A DNA stretch of 63,323 bases, counting the filler, from Candidatus Woesearchaeota archaeon (GTDB taxonomy: Archaea > Nanobdellota > Nanobdellia > Woesearchaeales > JACPBO01), in assembly GCA_016180285.1 (NCBI GenBank). It is 3 parts of 3 records of this genome, joined end to end, with 100 filler letters (N's around TTAATTAATTAA, not from the genome) between each part and the next. Parts side by side here need not be neighbours in the genome. Positions count along the whole stretch, not along the records: positions 1 to 23,957 come from JACPBO010000039.1; 2 more parts are not named here. One strand, 5' to 3'. Below, in pieces: positions 8,197 through 18,565 of the stretch (the stretch's first letter is position 1; the number at the start of each line of letters is the position of its first letter). A program made the translations under genes and the position numbers. Under the pieces are notes generated by a model. It searched no databases. It was not told the origin of the DNA and saw nothing but the letters and a program-made list of their open reading frames with translations.

Positions 8197-9591
8197 ATGG
8201 AAGAGCCTGTAAACATTTTAAAAAAGGCAAGGGAAGATTTTACTAAAGGAAATTATTCTATTTCATTTGACAGCTACAGGCAGTATTTGGAATTGAATCC
8301 TTCTGATAGCGAAGCCAGGAAAGAGTACAGGGAGAACTGTCGCAGTTCGCCGCAGTTCAGGGGAAAATCAGCAGAGTTGGTAAAAAAACACATTGATTCA
8401 AAGAAGATTAACATGATTTTCAGAGAAATGAGCCAGTTTGAAGTTATGAAAAACTGCGAGGAGCTCTTAAAGGAAAACCCTTATGACATATCACTTTTGT
8501 TTAAATTAGGAAAAACAGCTAAAGAAATTGGCTTTAATGATACTGCAGTTTATACATTCTCGGACATGATAGAACATGTAGGAAACAATGAGTTGATATT
8601 AAAGGAGCTGGCCCTAACTTATTTTGAAATGAAAAAATACCGGGAAGCCAAAGAAGCTTTTAATAAATACGATACATCAAAAGAGCAGCAGGATGTTAGG
8701 AAAAAAATTGATGGCTTAGATGCGCTAATAACCGCTCAAAAGTATGAACAAGCTCAGAATTTTAGACAGGTTGAAAAGGCTCCAGGGAAAAGCGATGAGT
8801 TAGAAAAAGCCCGTGAAACACCTAAAAACGAAGAAGAAATTCTTAAGAAAATTTCTGAACTGGAGCTTATTGTTGGGAATGAGAAAGAGAATGGCAAAAA
8901 GAGGCTTTCTGCAGTAATTGAAATTTCTGGTTTACAAAAGCGCATATGCCAATATGATGAAGCAGTAGCTATACTTGAAAGAGGAAAGAGCCTTGGCGGC
9001 GATTATACTTTAGATAAGTCAATTGTTGAATTGAAAATTGAAAAAGAAGACAATAAGATCGCCCAATTAGAAGAGCAAATGCAAAAAGAGCCAAATGATG
9101 GCCTTAAAGCACAATTAGACCAAATGATAAAAAATAAATGGGAAATAGCTGCAGAAGGATATTCTAAACTTATCGGTAAAATACCAACTGCAGCTCCTGA
9201 ATTGCACCTAAAATTAGGGGAGGGCTGTTTTTATTTAGGAACGATAACCAAAAACCATGGCTTAATAGAAAAAGCCATATTTGAGCTGCAAAAAGAGTAC
9301 ATAGAGCAAGGCCAAAAAAATAAAGCAAGCATATTAATGGGAAAGGCGTTTGTTGAGATGCAGCTTTATGATCTGGCTGAGAAACATTTTGTAAATATGC
9401 TGGGTGAAGTTTCAAAGAATAAAGTGCTAAAGCAGCTGACCTTAGAAACATTTTATGAATTGGGCAATATACGGCTGCTCAAAGGCGATATTAGGGGGGC
9501 AGTTGATGCATTTTCAGAAATATATATAAAAGACATAAATTTCAAGGATGTTGCCAGGAAAGTTTTAGAGCTAAATAAAAAATTAAAATAA
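8197..9591 (+). CDS. TPR-repeat protein
   Basis: Repeated helical TPR patterns, C-terminal YELG...A...F..IY..DINFKDV. Confidence 0.8.
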   Translation: MEEPVNILKKAREDFTKGNYSISFDSYRQYLELNPSDSEARKEYRENCRSSPQFRGKSAELVKKHIDSKKINMIFREMSQFEVMKNCEELLKENPYDISLLFKLGKTAKEIGFNDTAVYTFSDMIEHVGNNELILKELALTYFEMKKYREAKEAFNKYDTSKEQQDVRKKIDGLDALITAQKYEQAQNFRQVEKAPGKSDELEKARETPKNEEEILKKISELELIVGNEKENGKKRLSAVIEISGLQKRICQYDEAVAILERGKSLGGDYTLDKSIVELKIEKEDNKIAQLEEQMQKEPNDGLKAQLDQMIKNKWEIAAEGYSKLIGKIPTAAPELHLKLGEGCFYLGTITKNHGLIEKAIFELQKEYIEQGQKNKASILMGKAFVEMQLYDLAEKHFVNMLGEVSKNKVLKQLTLETFYELGNIRLLKGDIRGAVDAFSEIYIKDINFKDVARKVLELNKKLK

Positions 9592-9592
9592 A

Positions 9593-9874
9593 CTACGCCC
9601 TGAACTGCATCAGATTAGTCAATTTATCAGATATTATCTTTCCTGTTATTGCATCAACTTTTATATTTAACGTATTAAATGCTCTCGTGACATAAGTTAT
9701 GTTCCACAAAATGCCTTCTTCAATGTTCTGCAGTATGATAATTGCTTTTTCAGGAGTTTCCCTTGGATATTTTCTCTCCTGGAGATCATTTGCTGTTTCC
9801 AATGCCTTATCGATCCATACAGTTACTTTGCTTAAATCCAATTCCTTCACTGTTGCGCCAGGCTCTTTAAACAC
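9593..9874 (-). CDS. Hypothetical protein with PepSY-like C-terminus, possibly 5'-truncated
   Basis: WNITY...NIKVDAITGKI motif; in-frame stop shortly upstream of the GTG start. Confidence 0.55.
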   Translation of the reverse strand: MFKEPGATVKELDLSKVTVWIDKALETANDLQERKYPRETPEKAIIILQNIEEGILWNITYVTRAFNTLNIKVDAITGKIISDKLTNLMQFRA

Positions 9875-9938
9875 CTCGGATTCCTCGGATTCCTTTATGC
9901 CTTAAACATTTAAATAGATTGTTGTTTTTCAGAAAAAT

Positions 9939-10895
9939 ATGCTGTCAAAGGAAAAAATAAAGGATCTTGAAAAGCAGGGCTATCGCCTGGTTGGCAGGCA
10001 TTCTGCTGTCAAAGTATGCGAATGGGCTAAAAAGGCGATTGTCTGCGAGGATGTTTGCTATAAAAACACATTTTACGGCATCAAATCATGGCGCTGTGTT
10101 CAGATGACTCCTGCTCTAACAGCCTGCACTCATCGCTGCCAATGGTGCTGGCGGGATATAGGATTTACAGAGCCGAAGTTTAGCGGAAAGATTGATGATC
10201 CTGAGTTCATAATTGAAACCTGCATTAAAGCGCATATAAAATATTCTGAAGGTTTTGGCGGAAACAAGAAAACAGATGCTTTAAGGTATTACGAATCAAA
10301 AAGGCCATTGCATTTTGCAATATCGCTTAGCGGGGAGCCTACTTTATACCCTAAACTGCCTGAACTGATAAAGGAGCTTGGTAAAAGAAATATTACTAGT
10401 TTTTTAGTCACAAACGGGACAAATCCGGATATGTTAAATAAATTACTAAAAAATAAAACACAGCCAACGCAGATTTACGTAACCCTACCGGCCCCTGATG
10501 AGAAAACTTATGAGAAAGCATGCAAGCCATTGATAAAATACGGGTGGAAAAGGATAAAAGAGTCTTTGCTGTTATTGAAAAAATTCAAGAGATCAACAAT
10601 AAGATTGACATTGGTAAAAGGCATCAACATGATTGAACCAGAGCTTTATGCGGAATTAATAAAAAAATCCAGACCCTTGTTTGTGGAATGCAAAGCATAC
10701 ATGTTTGTCGGCTATTCTCAGCAGAGGCTTGAGATAAAGAATATGCCTTTGCATGAAGAGTTAAATGATTTCGCCAAGAAGATTGCTAAGCATAGCGGCT
10801 ATAGAATAGTTGATGAGAAGAAGAATTCGAGGGTTGTGCTGATGATGAAAGAGAATAGCAAGGGTAGGACTTTAAAAGTAGCTACTTCAAAATAG
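9939..10895 (+). CDS. taw1: 4-demethylwyosine synthase (radical SAM)
   Basis: HSAVKVCEW, CYKNTFYGI, CTHRCQWCWR, ISLSGEPTLYP, VECKAYMFVGYS. Confidence 0.93.
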   Translation: MLSKEKIKDLEKQGYRLVGRHSAVKVCEWAKKAIVCEDVCYKNTFYGIKSWRCVQMTPALTACTHRCQWCWRDIGFTEPKFSGKIDDPEFIIETCIKAHIKYSEGFGGNKKTDALRYYESKRPLHFAISLSGEPTLYPKLPELIKELGKRNITSFLVTNGTNPDMLNKLLKNKTQPTQIYVTLPAPDEKTYEKACKPLIKYGWKRIKESLLLLKKFKRSTIRLTLVKGINMIEPELYAELIKKSRPLFVECKAYMFVGYSQQRLEIKNMPLHEELNDFAKKIAKHSGYRIVDEKKNSRVVLMMKENSKGRTLKVATSK

Positions 10896-10928
10896 AAAAA
10901 TTCTTAAATTAAAGGGATTTTCATTTCT

Positions 10929-11396
10929 TTGGTGGTTAGCTTGGATGAAGACAATCGAAATTTTAAGATATATTTGGCAGTATTAGAAGAAGACTTAGGC
11001 CTTTGTTTGAGCCAATCGACAGCAAAAGAACCAATTGAAACTATTGTTTCTAACCACGATATTCCTAACAGTACAGGCAATTTAAAAGAAAAAATCAGAG
11101 GAGTTATAGCGACAGAGCAACGCGGGACAAAGGAGCGTCCTGATGACAAATATAAGCTTCTTGATACAGATTACCCTGTTGTTGACTCCCTTAATATACA
11201 CTTCAGTCATTCTGTGGAGAAAGCTAAATTATTAAATAAATTTTTGGAATATAAAACTAAAACTGATGAGTGCAAAAAACAAGAGGGAAATTCGAGAATA
11301 GATGGCGTATTATTAATAACTGATAGTCGAACAATAGGGAGCATTGACAAACTTATACAAACAAAGTATTCCATTATACGTACAATCTTAATATAA
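10929..11396 (+). CDS. Hypothetical protein
   Basis: 155-aa ORF filling the intergenic space; no recognised motif. Confidence 0.5.
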   Translation: MVVSLDEDNRNFKIYLAVLEEDLGLCLSQSTAKEPIETIVSNHDIPNSTGNLKEKIRGVIATEQRGTKERPDDKYKLLDTDYPVVDSLNIHFSHSVEKAKLLNKFLEYKTKTDECKKQEGNSRIDGVLLITDSRTIGSIDKLIQTKYSIIRTILI

Positions 11397-11566
11397 CACC
11401 CATAGTTAACTCTTCTTGCCTTCCTTACCTTTGTCCTTTTTGATAGCATTATCTTCCAAATCAGGCCAGTTCATATCTTTTTTCATTTTAAAATCTTATA
11501 TAGACCTTTCGATTTATCACTAAAAAATAGAAAAAATTAATAAAGAAGAAAACAATTCCGCAGTGT

Positions 11567-12628
11567 ATGGCAGAAGGGGGGGACACACAAGAAATAGACC
11601 GTCTTTTAAATTTAACTAAAGATGTCGCTTCTTTTGAAAGTAAATTTTTTAACGCTAAAAATTTACAGGAAAGAGTAGAAGCAACAACAGACATCCAGGA
11701 ATCAATAGAGCAGGAAAAAAATCTAGGAACGAAATATGAGTGTAAATCCTTGGATTTATTTATAAACCTAAACGCTGCTGAAAAAGAATTCTTGGAAGCT
11801 AAAACTCGAGATGAAAAATCAGAAGCGAAAGGAAAACTGGATGGTTATGTGCAACAAATACAAGAATTAAAACAAAATTATAGATTTGAATGCCCTGAAC
11901 TAAAAAAATTCATTGATGGAAAGAAAAAATTTCAAAGAGCGCTAACATCAGAAATAAATGACAACATCAAAAAGCGGCTGGATGAGCTTGCAATGTGGCT
12001 TGCAAAGTTTCCTCATTATAAAGAAGAATTATCCGAACTTGATAAAGGACTGTCTAAAATTGGCATTGCCATTGATAGCTATGATAAGAAGCTTAAGCAA
12101 CAATATAAAAGAACTTTGATGGCGATTGGCGTGGTATTTGGCTTGGCAGTAATAACGCTTAGCCTTTATTTCTATTTTCGTGGCACAAATATAATGAAGG
12201 ATGTGGACACAGCTCAAACAAAAACCAAGGAGTATGAAACAAGAGTGACTGCCCAGATTAAAGAGGCAAGAAAAAGCCTTGATTTAAAAATAGCTGAAGC
12301 TAATGTGCCTGTGTTAAAGAGAATTGACGAGATTTATGAAATAGCGAGTGTTCTCGATGAGAGAGTTGCGCGCATTGAGGCTGATTATTCTATATTAAAC
12401 ACTATCAAAAAAAATATTCAAGATCTGCAAACTGATATGGCTGCAGACAGGGAAAAATATGCTCCTATTTTGCCAAAGTTAAGCAAAATAGAGGAAAGTT
12501 CGGATATTGTTATGAAGAACAAGGTGGATGAAAAAGAATATCAGAAAGAAAGGGGAGAGTTAATAAAATTAATAAGCTCATTAAGAGAGGATGTGGATAA
12601 ATTGAGGGGTAAGAATTACGGTCCTTAA
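11567..12628 (+). CDS. Coiled-coil protein with one central TM helix
   Basis: Heptad-rich sequence; hydrophobic LMAIGVVFGLAVITLSLYFYF. Confidence 0.75.
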   Translation: MAEGGDTQEIDRLLNLTKDVASFESKFFNAKNLQERVEATTDIQESIEQEKNLGTKYECKSLDLFINLNAAEKEFLEAKTRDEKSEAKGKLDGYVQQIQELKQNYRFECPELKKFIDGKKKFQRALTSEINDNIKKRLDELAMWLAKFPHYKEELSELDKGLSKIGIAIDSYDKKLKQQYKRTLMAIGVVFGLAVITLSLYFYFRGTNIMKDVDTAQTKTKEYETRVTAQIKEARKSLDLKIAEANVPVLKRIDEIYEIASVLDERVARIEADYSILNTIKKNIQDLQTDMAADREKYAPILPKLSKIEESSDIVMKNKVDEKEYQKERGELIKLISSLREDVDKLRGKNYGP

Positions 12629-13218
12629 ATCTTAATTACCTTTCCCATTGGCCCGGGGTTTATAATTAAACTTTTTCCGATCTTATCATGCATTCCTGAG
12701 TTCTCGTGCAGATGGCCGCAAATCGCCAAAACAGGCTTAATTTCATGAATGAAGTGGCTTATTGACTTGTTGCCGTGATGCATTCCCGCTATTCTGTCAA
12801 GCTTTGTCCTGTAAGGGGGAGCGTGCGTTATAAGAACAACTTTTTCATCTTTTATTGTTTTTCTGAATTTTTTTGCAGTCCTTTCAAATTCCTTGTCAAC
12901 CATTGAAAATCCGCCTCCGCCAAAGCCGAAGAAAAAGTAATTGCCCATCTTCAGACCCCTCTTGTGGAAGAATTTTACTTGCTTTAATTTTGAGCACAAA
13001 TGATTCAATGCATTCTCGCTTTCATGATTGCCGTGGATAACCAAAGTCAATATTTTAAGCTCGTCTAATGTTTTCAGAGTTTTTTCCAAACCATTTTCAA
13101 AGATGGAAAGGTCACCTGAACAAAGAATCAAGTCTGGCTTTTCTTTTTTTATTTTGCTGACTACAATATGCATAAACCTGCTGTTTCCGTGCGTGTCTCC
13201 GAATGCAAAGAGCTTCAT
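12625..13218 (-). CDS. Calcineurin-like metallophosphoesterase
   Basis: DTHG, SGDL, HGNHE, THAPP, GHLHE, INPG. Confidence 0.9.
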   Translation of the reverse strand: MKLFAFGDTHGNSRFMHIVVSKIKKEKPDLILCSGDLSIFENGLEKTLKTLDELKILTLVIHGNHESENALNHLCSKLKQVKFFHKRGLKMGNYFFFGFGGGGFSMVDKEFERTAKKFRKTIKDEKVVLITHAPPYRTKLDRIAGMHHGNKSISHFIHEIKPVLAICGHLHENSGMHDKIGKSLIINPGPMGKVIKI

Positions 13219-13268
13219 AAGCTTATTTTTATGTAAAATTTTATAAATGTATTGATATTTGCGATAGT

Positions 13269-13649
13269 ATGGCAGGTAATTCAAGAATCAGAATCAATGG
13301 AAATAAATTGGTAATCCCGCATACCATCAGATATAATTATCTTCCCCACAACGGAGCTACACTCTATATTTGGTGCAGGGAGCGGGAAACTAATTATGTT
13401 GTTATAATGGATGGCTATGAACAATATGCAAGGGAAGAGGGATTTTCAAGAATAATGCCGAAAGCATTGGCCAGGCATTATAAAAGGCTTTTTTGCGGAA
13501 ATATAGAAGCGACAAAAATAGAGGAGAATGCAATAAAATTGCCAGGAAGGGTAATAAAGCATCTTGGAACTAATAATATTGAGCTAAGGACAATGAATAT
13601 CTTATTAGAAATACACCCTAAATCAGACTATAATACTCCTCAAGAATGA
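13269..13649 (+). CDS. MraZ-like (double AbrB-fold) protein, divergent
   Basis: Two repeats resembling MraZ: NKLVIPHTIR and NAIKLPGRVI, plus ARHYKRLF and LEIHPKSDY. Confidence 0.5.
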   Translation: MAGNSRIRINGNKLVIPHTIRYNYLPHNGATLYIWCRERETNYVVIMDGYEQYAREEGFSRIMPKALARHYKRLFCGNIEATKIEENAIKLPGRVIKHLGTNNIELRTMNILLEIHPKSDYNTPQE

Positions 13650-14772
13650 TCTTGTCCAGTTTTTCCAGATCTTTCACAACATACACCCTTCCTTCTCCGA
13701 TCTCTGCAATCCTGCCTGCTAATTCTTTTCCTTTATTGTCAAGGCCTATGCCTATTATGGATATTGTTATATTATTGCTTCTTGCAAGGGAAACTGCTTC
13801 TAAAACTTCTTCCTCAGGATTTTTGCCGACTGTCGGCAAAGCGTCTGTCAATAAGATCAGATGCTTTGTTGCGTTTTTGACTGAAAATAGTTCAACTGCT
13901 TTTTTTATTGTAGCTGTTATGTTTGTTTCCATTGACGCCCTTACTTTTGTTATTTCTTTTATCAGCATCAGAAAATCAGCTGTAGGGGCTACAACTGCCT
14001 TCAATTCTGTTCCGAAAGCTATTAAGCCGACTTTGTCTTTTTCATTGATTGCCTTGTAAGCGAGGGCAATGCCTGCTTTTTTTGCAATTTCAATCTTTTT
14101 TCCTTTCATGCTGCCAGAGCTGTCTAAGCCGTAGATGATATAAACGCTTCCCCTTGCTTTTCTCCCAAAAATTTTAAGATCTTTTTCATCAATAGAATCA
14201 TGGCTTCTTCTTATTGCGGTCTTTACTGTTTTTTTGATTGCCAAGTCGCGGTAGCGGGCGCCCCTTTTGTAAGATTCGACATCTTCTGCATCGCCGTAGA
14301 TGAATTGCTTTTTATGGATTTTTTCACCTAAAATTCCCTTCGGCATCAGGTTGTCTAATTCTTCAGTGTACAGAACCAAAGAAGCAAGCTCGATGCCTTT
14401 GTCGCTTATTGCTCCCTCATCATCAACGAGCTTTTTTTCTTTTAATTCCCTCTGGAATTCCGGGATCTTTATGTTTCTTTCAATGTATCTGGGGTCATAG
14501 CCTGCTATGGCCCTTATTATGCTCTCGCCGAAAAGCTGCTTAGCCAAAGAATAATTGCTGACTATCTTATCGAACATCAAATCAGGGGTGAAAGAATTTA
14601 ATCCCTGGTTTATTGAATCTGATATTATTTTTCCATCATCTATTGCGTCTTTATCCGCCTGAAGAACAGAATGCATTAATTTATCTTCTTCATTTTGCTT
14701 TTCCAGGCCGCCGCTTAATTCCTCTGCTTTAGAAAACTCTTTAACAGAAATACCTACATTACCGGTAACCAC
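13618..14772 (-). CDS. vWA-domain protein (ChlD/MoxR partner)
   Basis: MIDAS DSSGSM, ETNI, LLTDALPT; directly after the AAA+ gene; start approximate. Confidence 0.85.
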   Translation of the reverse strand: MVTGNVGISVKEFSKAEELSGGLEKQNEEDKLMHSVLQADKDAIDDGKIISDSINQGLNSFTPDLMFDKIVSNYSLAKQLFGESIIRAIAGYDPRYIERNIKIPEFQRELKEKKLVDDEGAISDKGIELASLVLYTEELDNLMPKGILGEKIHKKQFIYGDAEDVESYKRGARYRDLAIKKTVKTAIRRSHDSIDEKDLKIFGRKARGSVYIIYGLDSSGSMKGKKIEIAKKAGIALAYKAINEKDKVGLIAFGTELKAVVAPTADFLMLIKEITKVRASMETNITATIKKAVELFSVKNATKHLILLTDALPTVGKNPEEEVLEAVSLARSNNITISIIGIGLDNKGKELAGRIAEIGEGRVYVVKDLEKLDKIILEEYYSLI

Positions 14773-15787
14773 CTTTTTCAATCTCTTCCAGATTTCGGTC
14801 AGAAAAGCTGCTGAACTGCTCTTCAATGTATTCTTTAGGGCTTTGCAGATATTTGACGCTTGGCTTTAATTCCATCCTGTGGCTCAAGACGGAAACAACC
14901 GCTTCTTTCACATCATCAAAATCGGCTTTTTTCTTTTTAGCCAGGAATGCATTGCTCTGCGCCCTTTCATAAAGCCCGATAGAGGCCCTTACAGAAGGGT
15001 GCTTTTCAAGCTTTTCGCTTTCCCTCAGAATTCTTACAAACTGGATGACTAAATCCAATAATTCTTCCGGGAATTCAACCAAGGATCTTCCTTTTTCCCT
15101 TACGATTTTCTTTTCTATTCCCAGATTTTCAGGATATGACATATATATGAAATCAAATCTGTCCACAAAGACATCGCTCAGCTTTTCTGTGCTTACGTCT
15201 TCAGGATTCATTGTGCCTATAAAAATGAAATCAGCGGGAAAATCAACATCGTAGCTGCCGATGGTTGCTTTTTTTTCAGAGAGGACCTGCAATAATGCGT
15301 TCTGCAGCTTTTCAGGGCATCTGTTAACTTCATCAAAAAAAAGGATTCCGTTGTTTGCCTTGAATATTTTTCCAGGCGTGAATGCTTCAATGCTTAACGG
15401 CCCGAATTTCAATGCCTTGATTGGGTCTATGTCGCCCAATAAGTCTTCTGCTGTCAGGTCAGGAGACCCCTGTATTCTTATAAAACGGTCTTCTCCTTTG
15501 ATTTTTCTTGTTTTTGCTTTATCGCCTGCTTTGCACTTTGGGCAGAGTGGAGTGTCTTTGGTGCAGTTAAAGCCGCAGTCATTAACTTCAATAACTGGAA
15601 GAAGCTTTGAAATATTTTTAGCCAATGTTGTCTTTCCAATTCCTGGAGGCCCGACAATTATGATGTGGCGGTCCATTAATAGGGCTGACTTTACCTGCTT
15701 TTTTACAGCTTCCTGACCGAAGATGTCTGTGAACGGATCTTTGTTTTCAATGAATGTTTTCTTTAAAGTTTCAGTTAATGTCTGCAT
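14759..15787 (-). CDS. ChlI/MoxR-like AAA+ ATPase
   Basis: GPPGIGKT, FFDEVNR, GTMNPED, VDRF. Confidence 0.9.
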   Translation of the reverse strand: MQTLTETLKKTFIENKDPFTDIFGQEAVKKQVKSALLMDRHIIIVGPPGIGKTTLAKNISKLLPVIEVNDCGFNCTKDTPLCPKCKAGDKAKTRKIKGEDRFIRIQGSPDLTAEDLLGDIDPIKALKFGPLSIEAFTPGKIFKANNGILFFDEVNRCPEKLQNALLQVLSEKKATIGSYDVDFPADFIFIGTMNPEDVSTEKLSDVFVDRFDFIYMSYPENLGIEKKIVREKGRSLVEFPEELLDLVIQFVRILRESEKLEKHPSVRASIGLYERAQSNAFLAKKKKADFDDVKEAVVSVLSHRMELKPSVKYLQSPKEYIEEQFSSFSDRNLEEIEKGGYR

Positions 15788-15870
15788 AGAAATAGAAAAA
15801 ACACCCTATTATTTATAAAGATTGTGATGATGTTAAGTGTGCTGGGCCACAAATAGAAGCAACAACTAAA

Positions 15871-16341
15871 TCAAGAAGGCGGGTTAATTTTTTCGTCTTC
15901 ATCCTTTTCTCCTAATTCTTTCCTTAAAACTTTAACTATCTCCTCTCCGCATTTGTTCCAGAAGTCTAAAATTTCTTCTGCCTGAGAAGTTGTTGACCTA
16001 AATCCCCTATAATTTATATCGTGCCTTGTTTTTTTGAATCTGTCAAGTGAATTCAGCTTTATTTTTTCCTTTATATCCATTTCTTTTAATGCTTCTAAGC
16101 TTATTTCGTGATTTGATGGCTCATATCCAAGAAGCCACCATTCAGCATCTCCTAATTGCCTTATTGATTCATAAATTTCCCGGAAAATTAATGTTGCACT
16201 ATTCTCATCCAATTGAATAGTTTTTGCGACCTTTGCATTGATTTCGGCGGAATTTATCATGGACTTAATTTTTTCATTATCTTTTTGCCTGATTCTTATT
16301 ATTCCTGTTTTGAGCCATAAATCTATAAACTCTTTTTTCAT
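15871..16341 (-). CDS. HEPN-domain protein (toxin of MNT-HEPN pair)
   Basis: YESIRQL...NHE...RHDINYRG; overlaps the MNT stop. Confidence 0.75.
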   Translation of the reverse strand: MKKEFIDLWLKTGIIRIRQKDNEKIKSMINSAEINAKVAKTIQLDENSATLIFREIYESIRQLGDAEWWLLGYEPSNHEISLEALKEMDIKEKIKLNSLDRFKKTRHDINYRGFRSTTSQAEEILDFWNKCGEEIVKVLRKELGEKDEDEKINPPS

Positions 16342-16922
16342 TTTTTCACCTCTAAAAATCCCCACAAAACAATGCCATTTGCAATATTATTGAATACGTT
16401 AATGTCTATATTTTTTCTGCTAAACAAATGTATCTGTATTTTTCTTCCAAAAATCTTCTCAAATTCTGATAGCTCTCTTAATTCCATAATTTTATAGTCT
16501 TTAGCCTCATCAGACTCCACGGCAATGTCTATATCTGAATTGGACAAATCTTCTCCTTTTCTGAAACTACCAAAAAGAACCAATGCTTTTGGATTCTTGA
16601 AATAATCAACAAGAAATTCAACTATTCCAGAATTATATGCTGCGGCCAGATTATAGACTATTTTGTTTCTTCTATAGAACAAATTCGCCTGATTCGCTTT
16701 TATTCTCCATATCTTAGTTAATTTCTCGATAGTTATCAAACCCGCTTCTTGAAAGCTGCCCAAAATATTTCCAATATTTGCCTTTGCTACGCTTGCTTCT
16801 CTTGCTAAATCGTTTAAGCTAAACTCTTTCTCAGGGAATCTAAATAAGACCTCGCTTATTTTTCTTTCTGCAGTTTCTTTGTATAACTTAAGGTATTTTT
16901 TATGAACAATCGGTTTTATCAT
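16338..16922 (-). CDS. HTH plus minimal nucleotidyltransferase (antitoxin)
   Basis: N-terminal wHTH; LFGSFRKGED...SDIDIAV. Confidence 0.88.
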   Translation of the reverse strand: MIKPIVHKKYLKLYKETAERKISEVLFRFPEKEFSLNDLAREASVAKANIGNILGSFQEAGLITIEKLTKIWRIKANQANLFYRRNKIVYNLAAAYNSGIVEFLVDYFKNPKALVLFGSFRKGEDLSNSDIDIAVESDEAKDYKIMELRELSEFEKIFGRKIQIHLFSRKNIDINVFNNIANGIVLWGFLEVKK

Positions 16923-17112
16923 ATAACTTATGTTATAAATTAGAACTATTTAAAACTTTCGTTTATGACCTGCTTTTGCTGTTGGGATCAACAGAGCCAT
17001 AGAGTATTCTTCTAGGAATAACTTCACAAATATTTCCAATGAAATAAAAGAAAGATTTATATATAACTTATACTTACTTATTATTACAAATAATTATAAA
17101 AGAGGGATTTCA

Positions 17113-17313
17113 TTGATATTAGAGATCAGCAGGCATGCAAAAGAGAAGATGGACATAGAAGGCATTGACGAAGACCAGATAATAAATGCGATAAAAATGG
17201 GTTCAAAAACAAGGCAAACAGACGGTTATCTGGCAACTTACACTTACATCAAAGTCGCTTATAAGAAAAGAGGCGATGTTTATAGAATTAAAACTGTTTT
17301 TGTTGAAAAATAA
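17113..17313 (+). CDS. DUF4258-like small toxin
   Basis: ISRHAKEKM...GIDEDQI...IKTVF pattern. Confidence 0.7.
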   Translation: MILEISRHAKEKMDIEGIDEDQIINAIKMGSKTRQTDGYLATYTYIKVAYKKRGDVYRIKTVFVEK

Positions 17314-17323
17314 AGGTGAGAAT

Positions 17324-17659
17324 ATGAAAGAAGAAGACAAATGCTGGGAATGCGGCGGGAGAATGGTTGATAAGAAAGTAGATTATTCGCTTTATGGCGT
17401 AAGCTTGGGAAAATTTCCAGCGCGAGTTTGCAATAAATGCAATGAGACTTATTTCAGCGAGGGAACATCAAGGGAAATAACCAAAATAGCTAAGGAGAAA
17501 GGCTTATGGGGTCTGGGATATAAAACTAAAATAGGCCAGGCTGGCTCGACTTTGGACATCAGGCTGAATAAAACCCTGATAAATTTCCTGGGCCTGAAGA
17601 AAGGCGAAGAAGTTACCGTATATCCTGAGAGCAAAAATAAGCTGGTTGTGACAATTTAA
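17324..17659 (+). CDS. YgiT-type zinc finger plus AbrB-like antitoxin
   Basis: CWECGG...CNKCNETYF; KIGQAGSTLDIRL...LGLKKGEEV. Confidence 0.8.
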   Translation: MKEEDKCWECGGRMVDKKVDYSLYGVSLGKFPARVCNKCNETYFSEGTSREITKIAKEKGLWGLGYKTKIGQAGSTLDIRLNKTLINFLGLKKGEEVTVYPESKNKLVVTI

Positions 17660-17660
17660 G

Positions 17661-18251
17661 TCACAAATATTTCCTCACCAGCAGAATTATCGTTCCAGCA
17701 GCCAATGGAACAACAATGTTGTCATCAACTGGCCTTTTATTGAATTCCAGCTCTATGACTTCTGCGATCATTGCCCCGACAGATGCCAATAAAGCTTCAA
17801 GCGGCCTTACAAATACTAATGCCGCTACAAAGCCGACTAAAATTCCTACAAGCGTTCCCTCGAGCTTTTTGCCGTTGTTGCTGAAGGGATTTTGTATCAC
17901 GCCAAACTCCGCGCCAATTATGTGGCTTATTGAATCACCAACTGTCAGGATCATTATTGAAGCCAGCGCAATGTTTTCATTGAATAATTTTAGGCTGAGC
18001 AATGCGCCTATCATAAAAAACAGCATGCCGCTGCCAGGGAAGGCTTTTATGTTTTCTTCCCTTTCAAACCTGTCCAGGAACCATCCTACCAGTGGAAGCC
18101 TGATGTATTTGCTTATTAAAGAGAGCAAAAACCCGACAATGATGAGCAGGAAAATTGCCATGTCTGTCAATACGCCAATGTAAATAAGATAGACAACAGC
18201 AAGGCCGAAGATAAGATGCAAGATCTGCCTTCTTAATTCCAGGTTGTTCAT
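17661..18251 (-). CDS. Dolichol/phytol kinase family membrane protein
   Basis: RRQILHL, GDSISHIIG, KKLEGT, VDDNIVVP. Confidence 0.85.
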   Translation of the reverse strand: MNNLELRRQILHLIFGLAVVYLIYIGVLTDMAIFLLIIVGFLLSLISKYIRLPLVGWFLDRFEREENIKAFPGSGMLFFMIGALLSLKLFNENIALASIMILTVGDSISHIIGAEFGVIQNPFSNNGKKLEGTLVGILVGFVAALVFVRPLEALLASVGAMIAEVIELEFNKRPVDDNIVVPLAAGTIILLVRKYL

Positions 18252-18295
18252 AAAGGTCGAGAATGGAGTTTGATTTAAAAAAGTAACTATATTGT

Positions 18296-18562
18296 TTATT
18301 TGTAAATATTGTCATGATGGTCAAAATCTATGAATTTTATTTTATTCTCTTCTATGATAAACTTAAAAACAAGGACGAAATGACCAACATGAACCCGCTT
18401 CTTATCTTTCATGCCATATTCGAGATTTTTGTAATGCTCGACGTCTGAAGAATTTACGATCTCTTCAATTTTCTTAAAAACCTGCATGTATAATTGCCTG
18501 TCTTTTTTTGACAGCTTATTGAGAATTCTTTGTAAATAAGGAATAATCTCATAAGAATGCAT
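18296..18562 (-). CDS. RelE/ParE family toxin
   Basis: HYKNL...RVHVGHFVLVF...DFDHHDNIY. Confidence 0.85.
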   Translation of the reverse strand: MHSYEIIPYLQRILNKLSKKDRQLYMQVFKKIEEIVNSSDVEHYKNLEYGMKDKKRVHVGHFVLVFKFIIEENKIKFIDFDHHDNIYK

Positions 18563-18565
18563 TTT

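Noticed and set aside
9872..9893. 9-bp tandem repeat upstream of the 9593-9874 ORF
   Set aside because: Too short to interpret; may only mark a local truncation
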